64,000 bases of DNA from an uncultured Acidimicrobiia bacterium (GCA_963810905.1 CAWEPG010000006.1:406824-470823), one strand, 5' to 3'; positions 1-9,983 are shown, counted from the stretch's first letter. Notes: generated by a model from the sequence alone, not told the origin. Made by a program: numbers and translations.

Positions 1-592
1 TCTCGCCACCACCATCCATTTTTTGATGAACGCCAAGGCGCCGCAAAGCACGATTGCTCTAGGTGCGCTTTATCGATGGAAAGACAGCCGGGAGGTGCCG
101 GATACGCTCAATGCCGTGTTGGAATATCCAGAAGGTTTCACGGTCAATCTGAGTTCCACATTTAACAATCAGCTTTCGGGGGGAGAGCAAGGGTTTCAGA
201 TTCTTGGCACTGAAGGAAGCCTGGTCCTGAGTGGAGATGGTCTGACTTTCTATCCCGAGCACACTCGCGAAGACAATCGCTGGATTGTCGAGAGCTGGCC
301 GAAAAAATTAGAAGACGCATACTATCAGGATCCGAAGGTGCTCAAAGCCGAAGTAGCTTCTAGTTGGCTTCCCAAAGTTTCCCTGGGAATGGAACGCTGG
401 GACGAGGATGGGAAAGATGCGATCGTGGCTCACCTGGAACAATTTTTTGAATGCGTCAGGCAGCGGCGCCAGCCCTTTGAGGATGCGCTGACAGGGCATC
501 GTGCCGCCGCCGTCGCGCATTTGGTCAATCTCTCCTATCAACAAAAGCGGGTCGTTGCCTGGGATTATCAACAAGAGAGAGTGAAGAGTTAG
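1..592 (+). CDS. Gfo/Idh/MocA-family oxidoreductase, C-terminal part (5' end lies upstream of the window)
   Basis: The ORF runs from the window edge with no upstream stop. The C-terminal alpha/beta domain pattern (EYPEGFTVNLSSTFNN...GTEGSLVL) is typical of Gfo/Idh/MocA dehydrogenases. It sits next to sugar-catabolic genes. Confidence 0.55.
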   Translation, partial: LATTIHFLMNAKAPQSTIALGALYRWKDSREVPDTLNAVLEYPEGFTVNLSSTFNNQLSGGEQGFQILGTEGSLVLSGDGLTFYPEHTREDNRWIVESWPKKLEDAYYQDPKVLKAEVASSWLPKVSLGMERWDEDGKDAIVAHLEQFFECVRQRRQPFEDALTGHRAAAVAHLVNLSYQQKRVVAWDYQQERVKS

Positions 593-672
593 CTTTGGGA
601 TAACGCATCGGGTTGGTGCATGAGACACTTCCCCAATTTTATGATGAGGATTTGCATAAGGAGCTGGTGAAA

Positions 673-1674
673 ATGAAACGTGTTTGGGTCTCTTCCATCC
701 TGATGGTTGTTGTTCTGGCGGCTTGTACCCAAAGCCAAGGTCCTAAGCCGGTAACCGGCAAAGCGATCACGATCGGAGTCATGCCAAAGCTGAAGGGGAT
801 TGCGTTCATGAACGCAGTAGAGAAAGGGGCACAGGAAGCAGCTTCGGCCTTAGGTGTCCACCTTGATTTTGATGGTCCGGTAACGAATGATGTCACGCTG
901 CAGGCTCAAATGGTGGAAACGTGGATTGCCAAAAAGTACGATGCCATCGCTATCTCCCCCAATGACCCCGAAGCCATCGGTCCAGTCCTCGCTAAAGCAC
1001 GCAAGCGGGGAATCAAAGTGATTGCATGGGATTCGGATGCCCGTCCAGATGTGCGAGATTTCTTCGTAAACCAGTGCACCCCCGTGTCTGTGGCAAAAGC
1101 GCTGATGGACGTAATGGCTAAAGGTGCGGGAAGAGAAGCAAAATACCTCTTCATTACCGGATCATTGACGGCGTCGAATCAGAATCTGTGGATGGCTGAA
1201 ATGGAAAAGTATCAGCACTCTACATATCCTCAAATGAAAAATCTTTCGGAAATTCCAAAAGCCTCTCAAGAAGATCAAGCAATGGCCACCCAGGTGGCCG
1301 TAGATTCATTGAAAGCCTATCCCAATATGACCGGTATGTTTGGTATGACCTCAGTGGCTTTGCCAGGTGCGGCCGAGGCTCTGCGAAAGGCTCGTGCAGC
1401 AGATCGCGTCTATCTTACGGGACTCTCTACTCCTAACTCAATGAGGGAATACGTGAAGGATGGAACGGTCAAGAGCTTCGTGCTCTGGAGTCCCGTTGAT
1501 CTCGGTTATTTGACAGTTTATGTGGCCAACGCGGCCATCAAAGGAGAAATCATATCCGGAGCCACTGCATTCAAGGCGGGGCGGCTTGGAGAGGTAAAAG
1601 TCGAGGGTGTGCAGATCATTCTTGGAAGTCCTATTGTGTTCGATCAGAACAACATTGATAACTATGATTTCTAA
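673..1674 (+). CDS. periplasmic sugar-binding lipoprotein (ABC-type substrate-binding protein, rhamnose/AI-2 (RhaS/LsrB)-like family)
   Basis: The ATG at 673 is preceded by AAGGAG. There is a lipoprotein-type signal (MKRVWVSSILMVVVLAAC). A Peripla_BP-like pattern follows (ITIGVMPK...AIAISPNDPEA...KVIAWDSD). No permease or ATPase gene is adjacent. Confidence 0.6.
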   Translation: MKRVWVSSILMVVVLAACTQSQGPKPVTGKAITIGVMPKLKGIAFMNAVEKGAQEAASALGVHLDFDGPVTNDVTLQAQMVETWIAKKYDAIAISPNDPEAIGPVLAKARKRGIKVIAWDSDARPDVRDFFVNQCTPVSVAKALMDVMAKGAGREAKYLFITGSLTASNQNLWMAEMEKYQHSTYPQMKNLSEIPKASQEDQAMATQVAVDSLKAYPNMTGMFGMTSVALPGAAEALRKARAADRVYLTGLSTPNSMREYVKDGTVKSFVLWSPVDLGYLTVYVANAAIKGEIISGATAFKAGRLGEVKVEGVQIILGSPIVFDQNNIDNYDF

Positions 1675-1690
1675 ACCTGTGGCCCAGAGT

Positions 1691-1930
1691 GTTCACCCCC
1701 CTGAAGTCCCCCCTTGTGCAAGGGGGGACAGCCAAGAACTTCCAAACCGCACGTCCCCGTTTGATACAGTTCAAAAAGGGAGATTGTTGTTCATGTTGCG
1801 GTTCTGGTTACCACTCTCAGATCGGTGGGGTCTCTAATACCCTCCGTTTCTCCACTGGCCTGACTCATTAGATCCCGGCCTGCTTTTTCCAGTCGTCCCC
1901 CCTTGCACAAGAGGGGACTTCAGGGGGTTC
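1691..1930. repeat. MITE-like element: two roughly 35 bp inverted hairpin repeats (1697-1728 and 1893-1930) about 165 bp apart
   Basis: The left arm is ccccctgaagtccccccttgtgcaaggggggac. The right arm is gtccccccttgcacaagaggggacttcaggggg, a near-perfect reverse complement. Each arm is itself a CCCCCC/GGGGGG hairpin. The element lies in the intergenic gap before rhaEW. Confidence 0.5.
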
Positions 1931-1980
1931 GTCCCGGATGTGTAACATTCAATCACTCCGGCTTTGGAGAAAATAAACCA

Positions 1981-4185
1981 ATGAAGTATCTCAAAGATCT
2001 CTGGGATGTAGAACAAGCTGAAAAAATGCAACACGATCCGCTGGACCTCTTGCGCTATCGGTCAAACCTACTCGGCGCCGATTTGCGGATCACTAACTTC
2101 GGGGGAGGAAATACCAGCTCCAAGTTTGAACTTCCAGACCCTTTTACCGGTCGTCCTGCTCGGGTGCTGGCAGTCAAAGGGAGCGGAGGGGATCTTGGCA
2201 GTAGCAGCAAGGAGGGATTTGCAATCCTCTATTTAGATCGGTTGGAACAACTCCAATCGATCTATCGTGGGGAACTCTACGAAGATGAGATGGTCCCCTA
2301 CTATTCTCTAGCTGCATTCGGGATTAACCGGGTCGCTGCCTCAATCGATACCCCTCTGCATGCATTTCTTCCTTTTCCACATGTGGATCACCTCCATCCG
2401 GATTGGGCGATTGCCCTGGCAGCCAGCGCGAACGGCCGGGAAAAAATGGAGGAATTCAATCGGCGCTTTCACCACAAACTGAGCTGGCTTCCCTGGCAGC
2501 GCCCGGGATTTGAATTAGGGTTGATGCTCAAAAAGGCGGTGACGGAATCACCCGATTGCGACGGGATTATCCTCGGGGGGCACGGCCTATTTACCTGGGG
2601 GGACACCCAGCATCAGTGTTACCTCAACAGCTTGAAAATAATTGATGAACTTGGGGAGTTTGTCGGGGAACATGAACGAAAAGTGGGAGAGCGATTATTT
2701 GGAGGGCAAAAGCATTCTTCTCGGCCGAATGCGCAGGCGTTGGCAACTTTGATTTTTCCGTTCTTGAGGGGGAAACTGGGCTCCAGGCGCCGGAGCATCG
2801 GGCATTACAACGACTCCGCCGATGTCATCCAGTTTGTCAACTCGACGGATGCTTCCCAGCTCGCAAAGTTGGGGACGAGTTGCCCGGATCATTTTGTACG
2901 AACCAAAATCTGTCCCCTTTACGTTGATTGGGACCCGGCAAGAGAGGATCTGGACACCCTCAAAGGAAAGATTGCTCGGAGAGCGGATATCTACCGGCAA
3001 GACTATGAGACGTACTACCATTCTCACGCCCAGCACGACTCTCCGCCGTTACGGGATCCGAACCCCACCGTAGTCTTAATCCCGGGGCTAGGGATGTTTA
3101 CATTTGCGAAAGATAAGAAAGAAGCTCGCATTACAACAGAGTTCTATGTGAATGCGATTCACGTCATGGCAGGTGCCACGGCGTTGGGGGAAGGAGCTTT
3201 GCCCTCGCAGACGTATCCACAGGTTCGAAGACCTGAAGATTCAAGACAATTCTCAAGTTTTCACAATTATGTGGCGTTGCCTCATCGGGAAGCCTTCCGG
3301 ATCGAGTACTGGGCTCTTGAGGAGGCCAAACTACGCCGCATGCCTCCCGAAAAAGAGTTCAGTCGAAAAATTTTTCTGGTGGTCGGAGGTGGAAGTGGGA
3401 TTGGTCAGGAGACTGTGATGAAGTTGGCAGAACGCGGTGCCCACATCATGGTGGCGGACCTGGAGGAGCAGGCTGCAGGTACGACCGCGCAACGGGCAGC
3501 TGGATTTGGCTCGAAAGAGGCTGTTTCCTCTTGTGTCGTCAATTTGGCCCAGCGCGAGAGCATTGCCAATGCCATTCGACAAACCGTGCAGCTTTTTGGA
3601 GGCCTCGATGGCGTCGTCAATACAGCCGCCATTTTTCTGGCGTCAGATCCGAAAGGCAATCTACCCGATGAAAAATGGCGGCTGACGCTAGACATCAATA
3701 TCACCGGTAACTATCTCCTGGCGAACGAAGCGCAAAAAGTCATGACCGAGCAGGGCCTTCCGGCAAGCATCATTTTAACCAGCTCGGCCAACGCCATCGT
3801 TCCTAAGCGCGGGAGTGAAGCTTATGATGTGAGCAAGAGCGCGGTCAGCCATTTGGTAAGAGAGCTGGCCGTCGGATTAGCCCCACTCATCCGCGTCAAT
3901 GGAATCTCGCCGGCGACCGTCGTGGCAGGTTCCTCCATGTTCCCGAGAGATCGGGTCATCAGCTCGCTGACGAAATACCAGGTTCCATTCGATGACACGG
4001 AACCACTCGAAGAATTACGCAATAAACTGGCTGAATTTTACTCGCGTCGCACCTTGACGGGCCTGCCGATACGTCCAGGAGATTGCGCGGAGGCCATTTG
4101 TTGGTTGGCAGGGGAACGTTCTAGCCGGACGACAGGCCATCTAATTCCGATTGATAGCGGCTTAGTCGAAGCTTTCTTGCGTTGA
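1981..4185 (+). CDS. rhaEW: bifunctional rhamnulose-1-phosphate aldolase / short-chain dehydrogenase (RhaEW-like)
   Basis: The N-terminal half is class II aldolase/adducin-like. The C-terminal half is a classical SDR (VVGGGSGIGQE Rossmann motif, a YDVSKSAV segment matching the YxxxK site). The ATG is at 1981 (MKYLKDLW). The domain order matches the yuxG/rhaEW family. Confidence 0.7.
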   Translation: MKYLKDLWDVEQAEKMQHDPLDLLRYRSNLLGADLRITNFGGGNTSSKFELPDPFTGRPARVLAVKGSGGDLGSSSKEGFAILYLDRLEQLQSIYRGELYEDEMVPYYSLAAFGINRVAASIDTPLHAFLPFPHVDHLHPDWAIALAASANGREKMEEFNRRFHHKLSWLPWQRPGFELGLMLKKAVTESPDCDGIILGGHGLFTWGDTQHQCYLNSLKIIDELGEFVGEHERKVGERLFGGQKHSSRPNAQALATLIFPFLRGKLGSRRRSIGHYNDSADVIQFVNSTDASQLAKLGTSCPDHFVRTKICPLYVDWDPAREDLDTLKGKIARRADIYRQDYETYYHSHAQHDSPPLRDPNPTVVLIPGLGMFTFAKDKKEARITTEFYVNAIHVMAGATALGEGALPSQTYPQVRRPEDSRQFSSFHNYVALPHREAFRIEYWALEEAKLRRMPPEKEFSRKIFLVVGGGSGIGQETVMKLAERGAHIMVADLEEQAAGTTAQRAAGFGSKEAVSSCVVNLAQRESIANAIRQTVQLFGGLDGVVNTAAIFLASDPKGNLPDEKWRLTLDINITGNYLLANEAQKVMTEQGLPASIILTSSANAIVPKRGSEAYDVSKSAVSHLVRELAVGLAPLIRVNGISPATVVAGSSMFPRDRVISSLTKYQVPFDDTEPLEELRNKLAEFYSRRTLTGLPIRPGDCAEAICWLAGERSSRTTGHLIPIDSGLVEAFLR

Positions 4186-4246
4186 AGAAACCGTTCAAAT
4201 CAAAGGCGAAATGGCGTTAGGAGAGATCAACACCAGAAACTCCCAG

Positions 4247-4654
4247 TCAACGCGCCGCCGACTTCTTCTTCTTTGGCGAGTCTTTCAATTCAATTGCGAT
4301 GGCATGGATTTCTGTGGATCCCACGTTTTCTGAAGCGTGGGTGATGGGTTCAGACCATAACACAGTATCGAGCTTAAACTGCTTTACCGTGGGTTCACCA
4401 TTGTCTGAAACAAATTTCCCCTTGAAGTCGCTCAAGGCGATGGTCACATTGGCCGGATGAGAATGCACCGGTATTTTCTCTCCCGGCTTAATCCGAACTT
4501 CGATCACTCTCACCCTGTCATTTTCAAATACAACCTTAACGTTCTTGGGAGCAACTTTTACCGGGTCTTGAGCATGGGCGCTTTTACTGCCGATTCCAGA
4601 AAACAAAGCCACCAGAAGGAGACTAGTAAAAAGAAGCCTTGAGTCTTTCATCAT
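4247..4654 (-). CDS. small secreted cupin-like protein
   Basis: A signal peptide (MMKDSRLLFTSLLLVALFSGIGSKSAHA) is followed by a cupin-type motif (PGEKIPVHSHPANV). I chose the start at the MMKD ATG. Confidence 0.45.
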   Translation of the reverse strand: MMKDSRLLFTSLLLVALFSGIGSKSAHAQDPVKVAPKNVKVVFENDRVRVIEVRIKPGEKIPVHSHPANVTIALSDFKGKFVSDNGEPTVKQFKLDTVLWSEPITHASENVGSTEIHAIAIELKDSPKKKKSAAR

Positions 4655-4755
4655 TCCATTCCCCTTTTGTCTTTCCCGCCGTTGAAACGTTCCGACGAGT
4701 GACACAATAACAAATGCTAGCGTTTAATGACCTTCCCCGACCACTGCCGAAATAC

Positions 4756-6441
4756 TTACCTTTGGTGAGATGCACTCCCTCTCAGCTGTACCATAGAAAA
4801 CGGCTTGATTCGGGGGATAGAAAATAAATAAGTCAAGAGTTGGTCCATATCGGTCGGGGACAGATTGTAACTGGGCATGGGGCTATCCGGCGTGTGAGCT
4901 TGAGGATTCCGGAGATGTTCCTTCACCCATTCCTTACTCTTTCGCAGGGATAACCCGTTGAGCTCAGGACCGATTTTCATCCCTTCCCCATTGACCATAT
5001 GGCAGGTCCCACATTGATTTGCCTTGTAGAGCATCGCCCCTTCGACGGCGAAAGTCGGCGCAGAATTGAGCACTGGTGCATTATTAGGAGTGAGCTTGAG
5101 CAAGAAGGACGCCAAGGCCGCGAGTTGTTCATCATTGAGATCAATGGGAGGCATCGAAGTGCCTGGGACTAACCTCGAGGGATTCTTAAAATGATCGATC
5201 ATCCACGCTGGAGAGCGCCGGATGGCGGTGGTCGCGAGATTAGGACCCACCTTGGGTGCCTTGTTTGCCAAATTATGACAGCTGGAGCATTGTTCCAGGC
5301 GGAAATAACCAATTCCCGCCAGTTCTTCAGGTGAGAGCTGCTGCCATTCTTGCACAACCTCCTCTTCTTCGGTCGAGGGCACCGAACTTTTCGGCGTGGT
5401 GATGACTGCGGTCAGTGTCAAGCCAGTCCAGCCAATTAGGGCGAAAGTCGCAACGCCGATCGCCACTGTCCGTTGCGCCAGTCTTTTGATGTCTCCGCGA
5501 TCTAAGAAAGGGACCAGCATTAGCGCGATAATTGCCAGAGTTGGCAAAACCACACTACCTACGAGCTCCAGTGAGCCTCCAAACAACTTAAGGGATTGGA
5601 ATAGAAATAGAAAATACCAATCCGGCCGGGGAATATAATTGCTGTCTGTGGGGTCAGCAAGTCTTTCCAGGGGAACTTTGGCGACCACGGCCATGACTAA
5701 CAAGATCACGAAGGCAATGAAAATAGCGACAGTGTCTTTAAAGACTTGTTCAGGGAAAAATTTCTTGGTGGCTCCCTGATCACGGGGCATGGGTGCGACG
5801 CCATGCTTTCGAACGAGAAAGACATGAATCACAATCAACGCAGTGGTGAGTGCCGGCAAGAGCAGGACATGGAGGGCGAAAAAGCGCGCGAAAGTCACGA
5901 CCCCGATGCTCCCTTCACCACCGAGGAGGCGAGTCAGGTAGCGCCCAATCAAAGGGGTTTTACTGGCCAACTGCGTCGCCACGATCGTACCCCAATACCC
6001 TCGATTGTCCCACGGCAGGAGGTATCCGGTTAAACCAAAAGCTAACGTGAGGAGGAATAGGATCACACCGATTATCCACGTTGCTTCACGGGGCTTCTTG
6101 TAGGCGCCGTAAATAAACACTTGGATCATGTGCAACACGACAACCACAATCATCATACTGGCGCCCCAATGATGAAGCCCGCGAATCAGGGCTCCCCCGG
6201 TTAACGCCGTGATAATGTATTTGACGCTGTTGTAGGCGTCTCCAGGCGTCGGAGCGTAATTGAAGGAGAGTAGCAAGCCGCTGAATGCCTGAACTAGAAA
6301 GAGGAAAACAGCAACACTGCCGAAGACCTGGTGCCATCCACTGGAAGCGGGAATCTCTTCGAAGAGAAATTTCCTGATCGCCGTTTCCAAACCGGTTCGA
6401 TATTCGACCCAATCAATCAATCGTTGTGCAAAATTCTTCAT
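4756..6441 (-). CDS. cytochrome bc-complex cytochrome b subunit fused to a C-terminal dihaem cytochrome c domain
   Basis: The N-terminal multi-TM cytochrome b pattern is present (GWHQVFGSVAVFLFLVQAFSGLLL..HHWGASMMIVVVVLHM..LLPWDNRGYW). The C-terminal part has two CxxCH motifs (CSSCH, CGTCH). It overlaps the Rieske gene by 4 bp. Confidence 0.8.
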   Translation of the reverse strand: MKNFAQRLIDWVEYRTGLETAIRKFLFEEIPASSGWHQVFGSVAVFLFLVQAFSGLLLSFNYAPTPGDAYNSVKYIITALTGGALIRGLHHWGASMMIVVVVLHMIQVFIYGAYKKPREATWIIGVILFLLTLAFGLTGYLLPWDNRGYWGTIVATQLASKTPLIGRYLTRLLGGEGSIGVVTFARFFALHVLLLPALTTALIVIHVFLVRKHGVAPMPRDQGATKKFFPEQVFKDTVAIFIAFVILLVMAVVAKVPLERLADPTDSNYIPRPDWYFLFLFQSLKLFGGSLELVGSVVLPTLAIIALMLVPFLDRGDIKRLAQRTVAIGVATFALIGWTGLTLTAVITTPKSSVPSTEEEEVVQEWQQLSPEELAGIGYFRLEQCSSCHNLANKAPKVGPNLATTAIRRSPAWMIDHFKNPSRLVPGTSMPPIDLNDEQLAALASFLLKLTPNNAPVLNSAPTFAVEGAMLYKANQCGTCHMVNGEGMKIGPELNGLSLRKSKEWVKEHLRNPQAHTPDSPMPSYNLSPTDMDQLLTYLFSIPRIKPFSMVQLRGSASHQR

Positions 6442-6920
6442 GCTCCAGGCTCCGTCGAATTTCGCACCGGTCCTAACAGGAGTTTGTCCCCTTCAATTTT
6501 TGTCTCGTATCGGTCTAGAGGGCGTGGAGCTGGTCCGCTCAATACTTCGCCATCGATCGAGAAAGTGGATGTGTGACAGGGACATAAGAATTCATGCTTT
6601 TGTTGAACCCAATGGTAAGCACATCCCAGGTGAGGGCATTGGGGTCCAAAAGCAATGACCTCTTTGTCAGAAATCTTCACCACCCAGGCAGAAACTTTTT
6701 CGCTGATGATTTTCCAGCCATCGACGCGGTTTCGCCGAAACACAATCTCCTGGGGAGTCTTCAGTCCTAACATGGCCAGACTCCCAGCGTCCTGCCAGTC
6801 CATATCTTTTTTGGACCGTGGAGGCCACAATAAGTAAACAGCAGCTGGCAATGCCAAAACGGTCGCGATGGCAGACCAAACTCCGTAAATAAAGGCTAAA
6901 TGAAATGTTCTACGATCCAT
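6438..6920 (-). CDS. Rieske [2Fe-2S] iron-sulfur subunit of the bc complex
   Basis: Rieske boxes CPHLGC and CPCHTSTF are present, with an N-terminal membrane anchor. Its stop overlaps the start of the cytochrome b gene by 4 bp, suggesting translational coupling. Confidence 0.8.
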   Translation of the reverse strand: MDRRTFHLAFIYGVWSAIATVLALPAAVYLLWPPRSKKDMDWQDAGSLAMLGLKTPQEIVFRRNRVDGWKIISEKVSAWVVKISDKEVIAFGPQCPHLGCAYHWVQQKHEFLCPCHTSTFSIDGEVLSGPAPRPLDRYETKIEGDKLLLGPVRNSTEPGA

Positions 6921-7520
6921 GTTTCCCCTTCATTGCGCAATTGACACAATAATACCCCTTGATGAATTTCCTTAATCGTCAGGATCGATGAAAGGATAAC
7001 TTCGCGGTCGGAATGGATGATTTATCGATTTGAGCCGCTAAAGGTGTCGTTTTTATCCCATATATCATGTTAATTCCAGCCCAGATAAGGATCAAGTGGA
7101 ATTGTTAGAATAATTTAAAGTCTCCCGAGTTATTTTCATCAGCAGAGTCTCATTCCATCGTCATTCCGTCTTACTCTCTGGGGTATAGGAATCTTAGCAA
7201 GCCGACGCAATCGAGGTTGGCTTTTTAAGGATCGAGGGAGAATGTCCAGGAACTCAGCGCGCTCCAATCGATCATTTGCTGTTGACAGGAAAGCTCGCTA
7301 CGAACTAATTTTCATACTCATGCCAGAATGTGAACGTTATCCATTATGCAAAGGAGCTCTTACCCGTTGTCTCATCCTAATTCGAAGCTCTTTGAAAGAA
7401 AACTCCACCGCAAGAAGCCCGAAGTTTACCCGGAGACAGGCTGGCAAGGCATCCGAACTTGCAAAGAGAGAACGGGTGATTGAGTCGTCTCAATTCCAAT
7501 TCACACCCTAAAAGGAGTCT

Positions 7521-9938
7521 ATGATGTCGCTGAACAAGCTTGTAATTACCATGACTGCCTTAATTGGGGTGGTAGCGGGGAGCCTTGAGGCAGAAACGAT
7601 AAAGTCAGGGCTGGGGTATCACTACCCTGTAGACCGTCTCAAATGGGGTCATTCTCTGGGGAACCGTAATACATACGCCACGTTAGACGGTAAAACCGAC
7701 CTAGTCAACGAGCGTGGAACCGTTCGGAAAGGCTTGCGGGAATCTACCAACCAACAATATTACCTGCTCGGTTGGGATGTGAATTTGAAGTCTGTCGAAG
7801 GAAAGGCCTATTCATTCACGGACACTCGATTTCTCCCTGTCTACCAGGAATCGATTCTGAAGGTAGAAGATCAACAAGCGAGCAAAAAATTCTTTTTGCC
7901 TTTTGAGAATAATAACCTTCGCTCGGCTCACTTTCTGTTTGAAGTAACCGGGGGCCTCAAAGAACCACTGGTTATCCACTCACAAGTATTTTTGCCAAAT
8001 TCCGTCCAGGTTGCCCAGGCGGAATATAAGGGGCACAAGTATCTGGAACTGACATACCCGGACAAGACTGTTGCCGCTTTTTGGGGGACTGGGGATATCC
8101 CGTCGTTTCGGGTGAGTCCAGTTGTTATCGATTCCAAAGAGCAAGAAATCCGGCTGGAATTTGACTCCAACTGGAGGGCTTCGTCCAACAGCCGACAGTC
8201 AACCCTTTCCTTTGCTTATTCATTATATGGAGCGTCCCGGGGAAATCCCTTGAATGCCCTTTTTGACGTGTATGCGGCAGATGCAGGGACCTCCCTCGGC
8301 ACCCTCAGCCGGGTAAAGCTCTTGCTCGAAGAATCCAACATTGCGATGCGTCGTTACTTGGAGACCTGCCATCTCTGGACGCCAGATCCGGTGATCAATC
8401 GTGGGGTGCAATGGGCCAAAATCAACCAGCTCCGCGACCAGCAGGAGTATCAGTGGGGTGATGGCTTTAGTAATAATCCTCCGTCTGACATCGTGGTGGG
8501 GCGAGATTCGGTATGGTACTTGGCCGGAAGCAGTTATTACGCGCAGCCCTGGTCTCACAAACTGTTCGACTTCTGGTTTCGTTATGGATTGGAGGTTAGT
8601 GGTAAGTTCACCGAATACTTGACGGCCTCGGGGAATCCACTTTTCAAAGATGACTATGGCCTCAACATCAACGACAACACGCCTCTCTTCTTGATCGCGG
8701 CTCACCAATACTATTCCGTAACGGGCGACCTGGGCTTCTTACATTCGGTTTATCTCAGACTGCTCCAATCAGCCAACTACATTTTGGAACAACGGAAGGC
8801 AGGACTGAATAACCACTATGGACTCGTATGGTCCACCTCCACAGAAACTTTTGTCCGCGGTCTGTGCGGCTGGCGAAACGCAATCCCAAATTACACGCTT
8901 TCTGGAGCAGTTACAGAAGTGAATGTGGAATGTTACCGAGCCTTGAGGGTGACTGCCGAACTGGCCAAAGCCATGGGTGATGAGCCGAACCGGGAGCGTT
9001 TAGATTGGGCTGCGGGGGAACTGAGGGAGGCAATCGAAAAAGATTTGCGTTCAAAAAGCCAATGGAACCCTTATTACTATTTGACTATTGATCCTTCAGG
9101 CAAGCCCGTTGACGATCTCACGGGAGATCTCCTTTTCCCGGTGTTGTACGGCGTTTCGTCACAGGAAACCTCTCAGCAGATCCTGACCGAGCTGTTCAGC
9201 GAGCGATTTTGGGTGAATGCCAGTGATGGAGCCGGAGGGATCCGGACGGTCAGCGCGGCTCAAAAGGGATACCAAGCCAAAGCAACTTCTCAAAATTACG
9301 GGTTACTGGGTGGGGTGTGGCCGAATCTGGCCCTGTGGGTTGCAAAAGCCGCGGCTGATCAGGGCTTCCCGGATCTTACCCTTAAGGCTTTACGAGGGAC
9401 GTGGCTTCTTACCGAGCGAGATGATCCGGCGCGCTACAACGTCGTTCCCGCTGAACTCCCCGAATACTTCAATGGGGACGACTTAGTACAGGTCGGACAA
9501 CCGCGGAGCACCTTCTTGCACGGGATTTATATCTGGGCTGCCTTGGAAGGATTGCTGGGGCTTTCTCCCCGTCCCAACGTTTTGCAGGTAAATCCCTCTT
9601 TGCCGACAGGATGGAATTGGATTGCTGTCTCTCAACTTCCTTACCGCGGGTTCCCTCTGTCGCTCTTTGCAGACCGTCAGACTAAGACATTATTTACTAC
9701 AGTTCGAGTTGAAACTTCGTGGAACCAGGTTGAAGTCCAATATGGACTTCAGCAACAGTATTCCTTTCAGCCGGAGCAGACCGCTTTCTGGATGGTCGTT
9801 CCCAGTCAAAACGGGAACGAAGTGATCGCGGCCTCAGACCAATCCGTACAGGGGAAACTGGTCGAACGAAAGACCGGACGCGTAGTTGCGGTGTTGAGCC
9901 TTCCGGCTGGAGGAATGGTGAGGAAGAAGCTAGAATAG
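7521..9938 (+). CDS. secreted (alpha/alpha)6-barrel glycoside-hydrolase-like protein (GDE_C/GH63/GH78-like fold, family unresolved)
   Basis: The ATG at 7521 follows AAGGAG, and a signal peptide is present. The central region has a six-hairpin-glycosidase-like pattern (DNTPLFLIAAHQYY...GLVWS...WPNLALWVAKAAADQG). It lies next to the CAZyme locus. Confidence 0.45.
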   Translation: MMSLNKLVITMTALIGVVAGSLEAETIKSGLGYHYPVDRLKWGHSLGNRNTYATLDGKTDLVNERGTVRKGLRESTNQQYYLLGWDVNLKSVEGKAYSFTDTRFLPVYQESILKVEDQQASKKFFLPFENNNLRSAHFLFEVTGGLKEPLVIHSQVFLPNSVQVAQAEYKGHKYLELTYPDKTVAAFWGTGDIPSFRVSPVVIDSKEQEIRLEFDSNWRASSNSRQSTLSFAYSLYGASRGNPLNALFDVYAADAGTSLGTLSRVKLLLEESNIAMRRYLETCHLWTPDPVINRGVQWAKINQLRDQQEYQWGDGFSNNPPSDIVVGRDSVWYLAGSSYYAQPWSHKLFDFWFRYGLEVSGKFTEYLTASGNPLFKDDYGLNINDNTPLFLIAAHQYYSVTGDLGFLHSVYLRLLQSANYILEQRKAGLNNHYGLVWSTSTETFVRGLCGWRNAIPNYTLSGAVTEVNVECYRALRVTAELAKAMGDEPNRERLDWAAGELREAIEKDLRSKSQWNPYYYLTIDPSGKPVDDLTGDLLFPVLYGVSSQETSQQILTELFSERFWVNASDGAGGIRTVSAAQKGYQAKATSQNYGLLGGVWPNLALWVAKAAADQGFPDLTLKALRGTWLLTERDDPARYNVVPAELPEYFNGDDLVQVGQPRSTFLHGIYIWAALEGLLGLSPRPNVLQVNPSLPTGWNWIAVSQLPYRGFPLSLFADRQTKTLFTTVRVETSWNQVEVQYGLQQQYSFQPEQTAFWMVVPSQNGNEVIAASDQSVQGKLVERKTGRVVAVLSLPAGGMVRKKLE

Positions 9939-9983
9939 CGTTGATCTCCTCTAATGGTGCAAGGGAAGGTTTAGGTTGTCTTC

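Noticed and set aside
1607-1871. ORFs 1607..1837 and 1689..1871 inside the intergenic inverted-repeat element
   Set aside because: Their sequences are low-complexity and lie within a structured repeat element. They have no RBS and no homology, so they are most likely spurious.
7242-7511. An 89-aa ORF upstream of the glycosidase-like gene at 7521
   Set aside because: It lies in a 600 bp divergent promoter region, has a biased basic composition and no homology, and ends 9 nt before the well-supported RBS and ATG of the next gene.
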